64,000 nucleotides of DNA, taken from contig PPNB01000012.1 in assembly GCA_003707115.1 (NCBI GenBank), forward strand, positions 124,001 through 188,000, read 5' to 3'. A program made the translations under genes and the position numbers. Source of the DNA: Tortispora ganteri. Taxonomy: Eukaryota. The notes under the pieces are model-generated. The model saw only the letters and a list, made by a program, of their open reading frames with translations. It ran no database searches and had not been told where the DNA came from. Positions 42,334 to 51,692 of the stretch are shown one piece after another. How positions within the stretch are numbered: the stretch's first letter is position 1; every line of letters starts with the position of its first letter.

Positions 42334-43119
42334 CCCCACCACATCGATCTCCTATACTAAGCAACGCAATACACCACAAATTTTATCACAGTTAGTGAGC
42401 GGAACGTATGAAACAACATGCGGGATCTATTGTGATTTACACAGCGTTGATGTGAAACATTTATTTCCTCTTTCCTCTTACAAACTGCTAATCTGTAAAA
42501 TAACGGCTCAAATCTGATCTATCATTTTAAGGTGCAAGTTCTATAATACTTTTTGATATTTTAGAGTTCGAAACCGGAATAAACCTTATTATACTGCCTG
42601 TTTGAAGTCACACCGCTGTTTCCCGTATAGTTAGTCCGGGTTTGACAGCCAAAAGCGTTGATAACTCAACATCGCTAAACGTTCATCACATATTCATTTT
42701 CTTCACTCTTAAACTATATACATCACAAAACAAATTTGATCTATCATATGTTGAATTTTTCTTACTACTATTATACCATTTTAACGATCGATCGACCGCT
42801 AAACCAAACTCCACTCGCCTTTTCCGAATAGGATTGCTCTTAACTATAGAGTTTTACCCCGCAATTTGTTCAACCACTCCGATTTGCTGATTCTCGGTCA
42901 AAGAATGGAGACACCCCACTCAAACTTACAGTAATTCGGTCTTCTTATTCCTAAGAGAGCAGGTGGGGTACTAAAATGGTTAGGGATCTACTATGAATTA
43001 CAGACGAAAAAGCTTCGCCCAGTAAAATTTGTTGCTTGGCTTGATATTTTTTAGCTGCAAAATGACTATTCATTTCGGCGTACCCCTGTTGGGGGCGGGC
43101 CCCTCTTCAAGAGCCCCAC
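42334..43119. promoter_or_regulatory. Cluster of five Mig1/CreA-type SYGGRG sites upstream of the MFS transporter
   Basis: CCCCAC at 42334, CCCCGC at 42857, CCCCAC at 42914, GTGGGG at 42963, CCCCAC at 43114. TATAAATA at 43143. Confidence 0.55.
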
Positions 43120-43233
43120 ATGGTTAGCCTTAAGCCAATTAATATAAATACCACTGATCCATCTTCCAAGATCTTGCTGTAGTAAAGACTATCTTACATC
43201 ACTCTTCGTAATTCGCGAAATCATTAATCGAAA

Positions 43234-44823
43234 ATGTCAGTCACCTCTTCCCCACGTAAAAGCGAAGAGAAAGTCTTTGTCGAAAACATCGAACGCGGTG
43301 ATGAAGAGATCCGTGTCAATGACCCTGAAGTCAGAGCTCTATGGGACGAATACCAAGCTCTTCAAGAACAGTTCGGCGAAGCCGGTGAAGCTAAGTTGTT
43401 GCGAAAAGTCGACTGGCATCTCATTCCTGTTTTCGCTGTCCTTTACCTTATCGCTTTCCTTGATCGTGGTAATATCGGTAATGCCCGCCTCGCTGGCCTC
43501 GAGGAGGATCTCAATATGACTGCCGACCAATACAATATCGCGTTGACCGTGTTTTTCTTCCCTTATGCTATTTTCGAGATCCCAAGTAACATTATCTTGA
43601 AAGTATTGCGTCCCCGTATCTGGCTCTCTGTCAATATTTTCATCTGGGGTATTGTCATGACATGTATGGGTGTTGTCCAAAACTATGGTGGTTTGATCGC
43701 TACCCGTGTATTGCTCGGTGCATTTGAATCTTCATTCTTTCCTGGTGTTGTCTCTATCATTTCTATGTGGTATAAGCGCCACGAAATGCAGTTCCGTATC
43801 AGTTTGTTTTATGCTTCAGCATCGATCGCTGGTGCTTTCTCCGGTCTACTTGCTTATGCCATCTCTCAGATGGCTGGTGTCGCTGGCCTTCTCGGATGGA
43901 GATGGATTTTCATTCTCGAAGGTATCGTTACTGTCCTCTTTGGTGCTGCCTCCTACTGGATGCTTTGTGATGATCCTCGTAGAACTAGATGGCTCAAAAG
44001 TGATGAGATCCGTCTTCTCCAATTGCGCTGCATGTTCGATGTTGACCACATCCGTAATGCCGAAGGCAAACTAGACCTCGACTCACTTGCTAAACAAGAA
44101 CACGGTGAATTCGGTACTTCTAGCTTCAAGTGGGAATACCTATGGACCTCCTTCAAGGACTGGAAAATGTGGAACAACTCTCTCATGTTTTGGGGATGTT
44201 CTGTAACCACTTATGCATTCTCTTTCTCGGTTCCAACTATTATGACTCAGCTCGGTTACTCTAACACTATTGCTCAGTTGATGACAATTCCTGTCTATAT
44301 CGCAGCCGCTATCATGACTGTAGTAACTGCTTACTTCTCTGATAAATTCAAACAACGAGCTTACTTTGTCATCGCTTGGTTCGGTACTGCTGTTGTCGGT
44401 GTTATTATCCAGCTTTCCACAAAACCTCATCAAACTGGCCCCCGATTCTTCGCATTATTCCTTATCGCTATGGGTATCTACTCTTCGTTCCCTGGTGTCA
44501 TTGCTCTTCATGCCAACAACTTACCTAGACCTTGGATTAGAGCTGTATCTACTGGTTGCCATATCTGTTTCGGTAATCTCGGTGGTGCCGTTGGTTCTAA
44601 CATCTTCATCGCAAGTCAGAAGCCTGTTTACGAACTTGGATATGGTTTCGTGCTTGGTATTACCGCTGTAGGTATGATCACGGCCACAATTGATCTTGTT
44701 GTTTTCAAGAGGATCAATGCTAAGCGTGACAAGATGAACAAGGCTGAAATCCTTGCAAAATACACTAATGAAGAGCTTGAGCAAATGGGTGAGCACTCAC
44801 CACTGTTCAGGTACACTACTTAG
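43234..44823 (+). CDS. MFS anion:cation symporter (Tna1/Dal5 family)
   Basis: LLRKVDWHLIP, FLDRGNIGNARLAGLEEDL, FEIPSN, WYKRHE, GWRWIFILEG, C-terminal SPLFRYT. Confidence 0.93.
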   Translation: MSVTSSPRKSEEKVFVENIERGDEEIRVNDPEVRALWDEYQALQEQFGEAGEAKLLRKVDWHLIPVFAVLYLIAFLDRGNIGNARLAGLEEDLNMTADQYNIALTVFFFPYAIFEIPSNIILKVLRPRIWLSVNIFIWGIVMTCMGVVQNYGGLIATRVLLGAFESSFFPGVVSIISMWYKRHEMQFRISLFYASASIAGAFSGLLAYAISQMAGVAGLLGWRWIFILEGIVTVLFGAASYWMLCDDPRRTRWLKSDEIRLLQLRCMFDVDHIRNAEGKLDLDSLAKQEHGEFGTSSFKWEYLWTSFKDWKMWNNSLMFWGCSVTTYAFSFSVPTIMTQLGYSNTIAQLMTIPVYIAAAIMTVVTAYFSDKFKQRAYFVIAWFGTAVVGVIIQLSTKPHQTGPRFFALFLIAMGIYSSFPGVIALHANNLPRPWIRAVSTGCHICFGNLGGAVGSNIFIASQKPVYELGYGFVLGITAVGMITATIDLVVFKRINAKRDKMNKAEILAKYTNEELEQMGEHSPLFRYTT

Positions 44824-45007
44824 TTCTTTCTGGATACTCCGGTGTTGTAATGTAGCATAATATTTCAAATATAAGACGTTATTTTTGTTTTCTTTTTTTC
44901 AATAGTCATCTTAACAGGTAATAAAAGAAATAATATAGTAAAAATCACATTGAACCTGCAGAAATCAGCTTATATACATTTTTTAAAAAAAAAGAACCAA
45001 ATATTCG

Positions 45008-45081
45008 CACCCCCGGCGGGACTCGAACCCGCAGTCTTTGGATTAGAAGTCCAACGCGTTAACCAATTACGCTACGGGGGC
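45008..45081 (-). tRNA. tRNA-Arg (anticodon UCU), intronless
   Basis: GCCCCCG...TTGGA-CT-TCT-AA-TCCAA...GGTTCGAGTCC...CGGGGGTG. Terminator is the A-run at 44985-44993. Confidence 0.97.
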
Positions 45082-45197
45082 AGCACAATTGCCTATTGGA
45101 TAGGCCTGAATGTATATATGTTCAAAATCTTATTTTAAACTTTGACTTATTTATTATGGCCTTATATACAGCATGTCATTGTTGTTAAGCAGTAAAT

Positions 45198-45271
45198 GGG
45201 CGTCTGGTGTAGTTGGTTATCACATCCGCTTAGCATGCGGGAGGTCCCCGGTTCGACTCCGGTGTCGTCCA
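45198..45271 (+). tRNA. tRNA-Ala (anticodon AGC), intronless
   Basis: G3:U70 identity pair, TCCGC-TT-AGC-AT-GCGGG, GGTTCGACTCC, T-run at 45277-45286. Confidence 0.96.
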
Positions 45272-45358
45272 AGTACTTTTTTTTTTCTTTTTAACGGGCT
45301 TTAAAGCAATATATTTTTGTCAATCATTACACAGATTTTCACATTTAGCTGCCTGATA

Positions 45359-46273
45359 ATGAGATTATACGCACTAGGATCGAACAATTGTGGCAAGCTA
45401 GGTATAGGCACTGAGGAAGATTCGAATCGGCCTGAATTAGTGCAAGGTCTTCCTGATGGTGATATTCAGCTAGTGGCCTCAGGAGGTAATCATACTATAA
45501 TACTCATGAATGGGGTAATTTATGGCTGTGGCGCGGACGATTGCGGTCAACTTGGTGGAATTGGCAGCTCTGTAGTATTTAAGCAAGTGCCATTTGACAT
45601 TGCAGATCAAATTGTCTACGTATCTTGCGGATGGGAAGAAACGCTTGTTAGCTGCAAAAGTGGTAAACTATACATTTCTACAATTAATGGGTTTAAGTAT
45701 GCCGGAAAAGTGGATGCTGTTAGGAAAACTGTAAGCTGCATGAAACACCATCTAATACTGTCGCAAAACAGCATACTCTACCATTATGGCAACGCGAAAG
45801 TGATCGGCTGTAATTCAGATATATCGAAAGTTACAGAAATAGCGCAGCATGTTGTCGATATCGCTGTTGGTCGCAACTTCTATGTTACTATTGATGAGAA
45901 AGGCGTCCTCGAGATATCGAAACACAGTAGAGTCCCCAAGGAAGTCATGAACGTTCCTTCAATTAACGATATCTCGCATGTACAAGCTACTTGGTCTGCT
46001 ATTTTCGTTAAAAGCAACGACAAAATAGTGTCATGGGGTAAAGATGTACTTGATCAGTTGTTTCCGAACAATAACGAAAGTGTGGAAGAGTTCTCTGTAG
46101 GATCAAGTCATGGTTTGTGTATTATCAATAATCAATGCTACGCATGGGGGTGGAATGAACATGGAAATTGCGGAAATAACAAAAAACAAACTAATGGTTT
46201 GCATCTTATTAGCGTTTCCAATCCAAAATCCGTATTTGCGGGTGCTGCAACGTCTTTTATTCTTGCTGATTAA
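45359..46273 (+). CDS. ATS1: RCC1-repeat protein Ats1/Kti13 (Elongator-linked tRNA wobble-U modification)
   Basis: MRLYALGSNNCGKLGIG, SGGNHT, AWGWNEHGNCG, VFAGAATSFI. ATG is at 45359. Confidence 0.8.
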   Translation: MRLYALGSNNCGKLGIGTEEDSNRPELVQGLPDGDIQLVASGGNHTIILMNGVIYGCGADDCGQLGGIGSSVVFKQVPFDIADQIVYVSCGWEETLVSCKSGKLYISTINGFKYAGKVDAVRKTVSCMKHHLILSQNSILYHYGNAKVIGCNSDISKVTEIAQHVVDIAVGRNFYVTIDEKGVLEISKHSRVPKEVMNVPSINDISHVQATWSAIFVKSNDKIVSWGKDVLDQLFPNNNESVEEFSVGSSHGLCIINNQCYAWGWNEHGNCGNNKKQTNGLHLISVSNPKSVFAGAATSFILAD

Positions 46274-47783
46274 AGACAGGATCCATTATATGTCCGTCTC
46301 GCTCAAGCCTTTCGTATCTGTCTTTCAGAGAATCTTTGGACTGTTGTACAAGGAAAGGAAAAACAGGTCTTCGAATACCTAATATCAGTCCTTTCGGAAA
46401 ATATACATCGACAAGGGCCCCGCCTTCAGGCACTTTCCCGGTGACTCTAATCTCGCAGAATCCCATATGTCTTACGACTAAATCGATGCCTCCTGGACCA
46501 ACCCGTATAGTTTTTTTTTGACAGTCATGAAGCATTTTTTCTCCAACTTCGGGCTTCGCAAATAGTTGAAGAGCAGTAGGGTCATTGATTTGTGATTCAA
46601 GAGCTTTTTCATGGTTTGAAGCCACATAGAAGTTGATAGCTGTTAATGCATTCCATATGACAAGCCGTTCATTTCTTGGTACCACATGGAATAGACCGCT
46701 GAAGTTTAAACATTGTCCTGGTTTTATAGACTTGTGCTCGCGCCGCCATAACTTTTTCGGCGTTGGCTTCATCACATGTTTCAGCATATCAGGCTTGATA
46801 TATTCCCACACACTATTTCCTGGGCTGACAAGCGTTTCTATACCGGGGAGATCGTATATTTTACATCTGTTCAGTTGTAAGCTGAACTCTCTAATATGTT
46901 TTGTAAACCGCGGAATCGGGCTGGCGCCGAGTCTGCTGTTTTCTGCCTGATCCCATAGTCCTTGCAGGATGCTTGATGCTTTTTGCTGAGCGGCGACCGG
47001 CGCCTTAACTTTCTCTCTTATAAGCTGAGTCACAGTGCTTTTGCCGACATTCGTCATACCTAGAAGATACAGCCTAGGATAGTCGCGCACAAGATGCACC
47101 CACGTTGTGTTCGGCCACTTGTATTTAGACGACATAATAATGTTCTCGTCAGTCACGAAAGGATATAACTGTCGTATATACGATCTAAAATACTGCAGTG
47201 AGTGCGCCTTCGCTTTCGGGAGATCATCTAGCAAGTCTGCTCGTGTAATAACGAACGTAGTCCTGCGCGCGATCACTGGAGGCAGTGGTAACATTGTTAA
47301 CGGAAAGTCATAGGCGTCTATAAGGTGGACTACTCGACCATTGGGGTCCGCGTTTAGCAGTGAAAGAATCTGGGAAAATTCAGCAGATTCACCTATTTCG
47401 AAATTGTTCTGATATATAGCATTATGACATGGTTGGCAGATCACAGTTTTAGCGGGTTCTTGCCGCGTATGGGCGCTGTCAGACTCTGTGATTATTTCAA
47501 CATCTTGCACATTTTCTTCGCCAAAAACTGGAGACAAAAGTAACCGTTTGGCATCATCGTCAAGCGATTTGAGAAGAGATGCGTATTTTTCGCTAGATCG
47601 ACTTGGCAACTTCGACTTGGGTTCAACTAGGTATCCTGCTGATCCTGGCCGATCCAGCTGAAACGGTGTACCGCAGCTTGGACAATTTTTATGGCTAGCT
47701 ACTATCTTTTCAAAGAAAGCATTTTTCGTATGTACAAATCTCGGTGAGCCAAAAAAAAGTCGTCGAAACAGCCTCGACTGCAT
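46257..47783 (-). CDS. GEP3: Mitochondrial circularly permuted GTPase Gep3/Mtg3 (YqeH-like)
   Basis: Presequence-like N-terminus, CPSCG and CQPCH zinc knuckles, G4 TRADL before G1 GMTNVGKST, and DLPG. Confidence 0.85.
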   Translation of the reverse strand: MQSRLFRRLFFGSPRFVHTKNAFFEKIVASHKNCPSCGTPFQLDRPGSAGYLVEPKSKLPSRSSEKYASLLKSLDDDAKRLLLSPVFGEENVQDVEIITESDSAHTRQEPAKTVICQPCHNAIYQNNFEIGESAEFSQILSLLNADPNGRVVHLIDAYDFPLTMLPLPPVIARRTTFVITRADLLDDLPKAKAHSLQYFRSYIRQLYPFVTDENIIMSSKYKWPNTTWVHLVRDYPRLYLLGMTNVGKSTVTQLIREKVKAPVAAQQKASSILQGLWDQAENSRLGASPIPRFTKHIREFSLQLNRCKIYDLPGIETLVSPGNSVWEYIKPDMLKHVMKPTPKKLWRREHKSIKPGQCLNFSGLFHVVPRNERLVIWNALTAINFYVASNHEKALESQINDPTALQLFAKPEVGEKMLHDCQKKTIRVGPGGIDLVVRHMGFCEIRVTGKVPEGGALVDVYFPKGLILGIRRPVFPFLVQQSKDSLKDRYERLERDGHIMDPVFNQQE

Positions 47784-47921
47784 TGTCGAAATAAAGTGAA
47801 AGTTTCAGTTCAGTGTTTTCTTGGAGAACATTTGCATAGCAACGAATAAAGTCTACAATATCAATGTTCGTAGGAATATAATTTCAATGTGCTTATATAC
47901 AGTGAAGCTCATAAAAAGAGT

Positions 47922-50900
47922 TCAGAGATTAGTAGAGATGTGAGTGTTCGGACCGTTAAGTGGAATCGCTGACAGGTCCAATGCATCTTTCTTCTTCTCC
48001 TCAAAGAACTTGTCCCATACATGTCTAGCACGATGGTCGTCAAGATCAGCAAACAGTCTTTTGAATATATCAGAATACCAACCAACAGGAACTCCTTCTA
48101 TTCCTTCTTTGACATTATCTGGGAGCTCATCCCAATCGGCTATATTTCCTTCAGGGAAGAAAACCGTGTTGGCTCCTGATCTCTTCGCGGCAACTGTCTT
48201 CTCTCGGAGCCCTCCAATTCGTAACACTTTACCAGTAAGTGTCAGCTCTCCCGTCATCGCGACTGTAGGAGAAATAGGTGTATCTAATGCCAAAGAGAGT
48301 AACGAGGTGGCCATAGTAACACCCGCAGACGGTCCGTCTTTAGGCGTAGCTCCTTCAGGACAGTGCAAATGGACTCGGGCATGCTCGAAAAACAAATTCT
48401 CTGGATAATTTAGCGTCATAAAATTCCGTGAAAAGCTATATGCAATAGTACTAGACTCCTTCATGACAGACCCAAGCTTGCCAGTTCTTTCAAAAGCAGG
48501 CCTTGATTTAGGTGAAAGTGGTGATTCCAGAATCGACTCAACATACATCGCCATTCCTCCTAGTGAGGTCCAACCAAGACCCATAACGACACCAGCAGGA
48601 GTTACGTCATAAATGCGATCGCTAGTGAAAATAGCAGGTCCAATAAAATCCGCAAGATCAGACTCTCCAATCTTCACGTGTACTGAATCGGGAACCTTAA
48701 GGGGCTTTCTAGGGTTCTCTGCTGTGAAAACTGTCTCTTTCTCGGAACCGTCATCGACTTTCTTGCTAAGGGCATCATTCAAGCTTTCCTTCAACGACTC
48801 CTCACTAGAGAAAACGGTGCCAGTAACCTCGGAAACGGCTTCCTTAGACTGAGCAGATGCAGATTCTTCCTCACGAAGCTTGACTTCTTTGCCTTCATCC
48901 GTGAGGCTTTCTTCCTCAGTCAACACGTCACCGTATTCTTTTACAATCCTAAGTGCCGCCTTCCTATATATCTTGTCAATCTGTCTCTTTAAGTTGCGAA
49001 CACCGCTTTCGCGGCAATAACTCTTTATGAGAGCTGCAAGACCATCGTCGGTAAGAATAACATCAGCGTTTTCTAAGCCATTGCTCTTCTTAGAGGCAGG
49101 TGCAAGGTAGTTTCGAGCAATAGCAATTTTCTCATCAGCAACATACCCGGATATCTCAATCAGCTCCATACGGTCAAGTAAAGGCCCCGGAATGCCTTCA
49201 GTGGTATTAGCGGTGCAAACAAACAATACTTTGCTCATATCAACAGGAATATCCAGATAATGATCCAAGAAGCTATTGTTTTGTTCAGGGTCTAGAAGTT
49301 CCAACAACGCAGAGGAAGGATCTCCTTGCCCACCGTGACCAACTTTGTCTACTTCGTCGATCAGAATAAGAGGGTTCTCTGTTTGACATTTCTTCAAAGC
49401 CTGAATAGCCCTACCAGGGAGAGCACCAACATAAGTTCTCCTATGACCTTTGATTTCAGCTACATCAGCAAGTCCACCAACTGAAAATCGGTAGAACTGA
49501 CGATCAAGTGCTCTTGCAATTGACTTTCCAATAGAAGTCTTACCAACACCAGGAGGTCCAACAAAGCAAAGAATTTTACCTTCCACACTGCCAGTTAATT
49601 TTCCAACAGCAATGAATTCCAGTATTCTATCTTTCACATCTTCTAAGCCATAATGGTCTTCGTTGAGAACTTCAATAGCATGCTTTATGTCATAATTCTC
49701 AGTTGATCGGCGGCCCCAAGGTACTGAAGTTAACCAGTCGAGATAATTTCTAGTGACATTAAATTCAGAGGCTGCTGGGTCCAGATAAATCAATTTACTG
49801 ATTTCTGCTTCGAATACAGTTTTGACATTTTCTGGCATAGCGAGAGAGTTAGCTTTGCTGCGAAATTCTTTGACAAGGTTATCTTTGCCATCAGATTCCA
49901 AGCCTAATTCGCGCTTGATACCTCGAAGCTGTTCCATTAGATAATATTCGCGCTGCCTACGCTGAATTTTGGAGTCGACATCTTTGCTGATTTTATTTTG
50001 CAATTCAGCGTTCACCAGCTCCTTCTTCAGCAAGATTAGCGCTTTCTGAAGACGCTCATTAATATTTAAACATTCAAGAATGCTTTGAAGTTCACTGGTT
50101 TTACCAGCAGAGACAGCGGCCGCAAAATCTGCCAATTTACCGGGCTCCTCGAAGACATTGCGCGCCGATAGAGTCATTGCAAAGTTGGCTATCTGATCGC
50201 GGAAAAGATTGTTTAGTTGAGACACCTGTTTGAAGACAGTGACAAGTTCACCGGCCATAGCGCGGATCATAGGATCATGTTTGTCTATAGGTTCGTCTGA
50301 TAGGTTAGACACTTCGGCTGTGGTAACATCATAATCTGAAAGGAAAGAGACGTTAGACTCGGCATCAGCGGTCGAGTCAGAGGCTGTGCCTGCCGTCGGA
50401 GCAGGATCGACAGACTGTTCAAAACTCGTCAAAGTGTCATCTATATGCTCTTCTGCAGACTTATCTAACGATTCTTTCGCGGAGTCTGTCCGCTTGGGGG
50501 CATGTAGTTCATCAATGTGAATTCGTCGATGAGGAAACAAAACAGCAGTGAGGCTTTCTTTTACACTGCCATCACGAGATTCAGCTTGGGGGAAAATACT
50601 AGTAATTTGCGCGAATACACCGACAGGGTGAACTTCGCTGACGTCGTGAATGAGGTCGGAATCGGCTTCTTCGTCGCGAAAGAGAAAAACACCTAAGTAC
50701 GGTTTGCCCTTCGCATACATGGCTTTTATAGCGCCTATGACGTGAGGATCATGAACGACCACAGCCTTGTAAAAGCCAGGAAATAGAGGTCTTTTAGTAA
50801 TTGGGATAGCCATGACCTTTGGATAGACTTCGGGCACGCTGGACGGCTTGGAACTGGATGAAGAAGAGCCAGAGGAGCCAGAGGAGCTAGAAGAGTTCGA

Positions 50901-51344
50901 ACTAGACTTTGAACTGCTTCCGGAGGAGGAAGCGGTACCAGATGGGGTCTCTTCTTCAGAAGATTTGGATGGTTTGCTAGAATTCTTGGATTTAGGGACA
51001 GAGGCGCTTTCTGGCGAATCGAACGGCGAATCTGCAGAATCTTTCGATGGGGTAGGTTTGCCGGAGTCTTCTGAAGCGGGCTGTTTTAGTGTTTCGGACT
51101 CATCTTTGGAGTCCGAGGATTTGGACCGCGAAGATTTGACGTCGATGATCTTGGACTGGTCGAAGAGCCAGTCCGGAGAGCGGCGGAGTTTAGAGGGGGA
51201 GGCAGGCCATACGGGTGTTGCGATCGCATCGTTGATTGTTGCATAGTTTCGCGTAATCAAATTGAGAGGACATCTTTTGGCGAATAACAGCTGGAGGCTC
51301 GACCTACGGGTGGCGACACGAGCAGGGCCGGCTATGGAAGCCAT
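47922..51344 (-). CDS. PIM1: Mitochondrial Lon protease
   Basis: RPLFPGFYKAV, GPPGVGKTSIG, ILIDEVDK, catalytic PKDGPSAG, and IGGLREK. Confidence 0.97.
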   Translation of the reverse strand: MASIAGPARVATRRSSLQLLFAKRCPLNLITRNYATINDAIATPVWPASPSKLRRSPDWLFDQSKIIDVKSSRSKSSDSKDESETLKQPASEDSGKPTPSKDSADSPFDSPESASVPKSKNSSKPSKSSEEETPSGTASSSGSSSKSSSNSSSSSGSSGSSSSSSKPSSVPEVYPKVMAIPITKRPLFPGFYKAVVVHDPHVIGAIKAMYAKGKPYLGVFLFRDEEADSDLIHDVSEVHPVGVFAQITSIFPQAESRDGSVKESLTAVLFPHRRIHIDELHAPKRTDSAKESLDKSAEEHIDDTLTSFEQSVDPAPTAGTASDSTADAESNVSFLSDYDVTTAEVSNLSDEPIDKHDPMIRAMAGELVTVFKQVSQLNNLFRDQIANFAMTLSARNVFEEPGKLADFAAAVSAGKTSELQSILECLNINERLQKALILLKKELVNAELQNKISKDVDSKIQRRQREYYLMEQLRGIKRELGLESDGKDNLVKEFRSKANSLAMPENVKTVFEAEISKLIYLDPAASEFNVTRNYLDWLTSVPWGRRSTENYDIKHAIEVLNEDHYGLEDVKDRILEFIAVGKLTGSVEGKILCFVGPPGVGKTSIGKSIARALDRQFYRFSVGGLADVAEIKGHRRTYVGALPGRAIQALKKCQTENPLILIDEVDKVGHGGQGDPSSALLELLDPEQNNSFLDHYLDIPVDMSKVLFVCTANTTEGIPGPLLDRMELIEISGYVADEKIAIARNYLAPASKKSNGLENADVILTDDGLAALIKSYCRESGVRNLKRQIDKIYRKAALRIVKEYGDVLTEEESLTDEGKEVKLREEESASAQSKEAVSEVTGTVFSSEESLKESLNDALSKKVDDGSEKETVFTAENPRKPLKVPDSVHVKIGESDLADFIGPAIFTSDRIYDVTPAGVVMGLGWTSLGGMAMYVESILESPLSPKSRPAFERTGKLGSVMKESSTIAYSFSRNFMTLNYPENLFFEHARVHLHCPEGATPKDGPSAGVTMATSLLSLALDTPISPTVAMTGELTLTGKVLRIGGLREKTVAAKRSGANTVFFPEGNIADWDELPDNVKEGIEGVPVGWYSDIFKRLFADLDDHRARHVWDKFFEEKKKDALDLSAIPLNGPNTHISTNL

Positions 51345-51692
51345 GTTTAGTCAAATGAGAGAGAGTCTGGGTGGAGAATTAGCGGGCTGGACGGTGCGGT
51401 AATTGCAGGAACAAAATACTAAACTTGTACAGGTACCAGCAAGAAATAAACCTCCAAAGACCCTCTTGCGTCTGTTTTAGCGAAAAGGTGGCGATAAGAA
51501 CACAAAAGAATATCTCGGTGTATGAAGACGGAGGGTAGGTAGTTAGATATGATGAAGGGAGGGGCAGGGTAGGGTCAAGGGTGGGTTTGTACCGGGAAAG
51601 GAGGGTGGGCAGTCTAATGGCAGCTAGAGTCCGGGGGCCTGTTGATCAGAGCCAATTTGGACCTTTCAATGATGCATGTCATTCAATTTTTA

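Noticed and set aside
40712..43233. TPP riboswitch upstream of the transporter; short ORFs 41355-41579 and 42642-42890
   Set aside because: The conserved TPP aptamer core was not found by eye. The ORFs are short and lack coding features.
45198..45271. tRNA-Ala as a pseudogene because of U6:U67 and C49:U65 mismatches
   Set aside because: U6:U67 also occurs in yeast tRNA-Ala. The A/B boxes, G3:U70 pair and terminator are intact.
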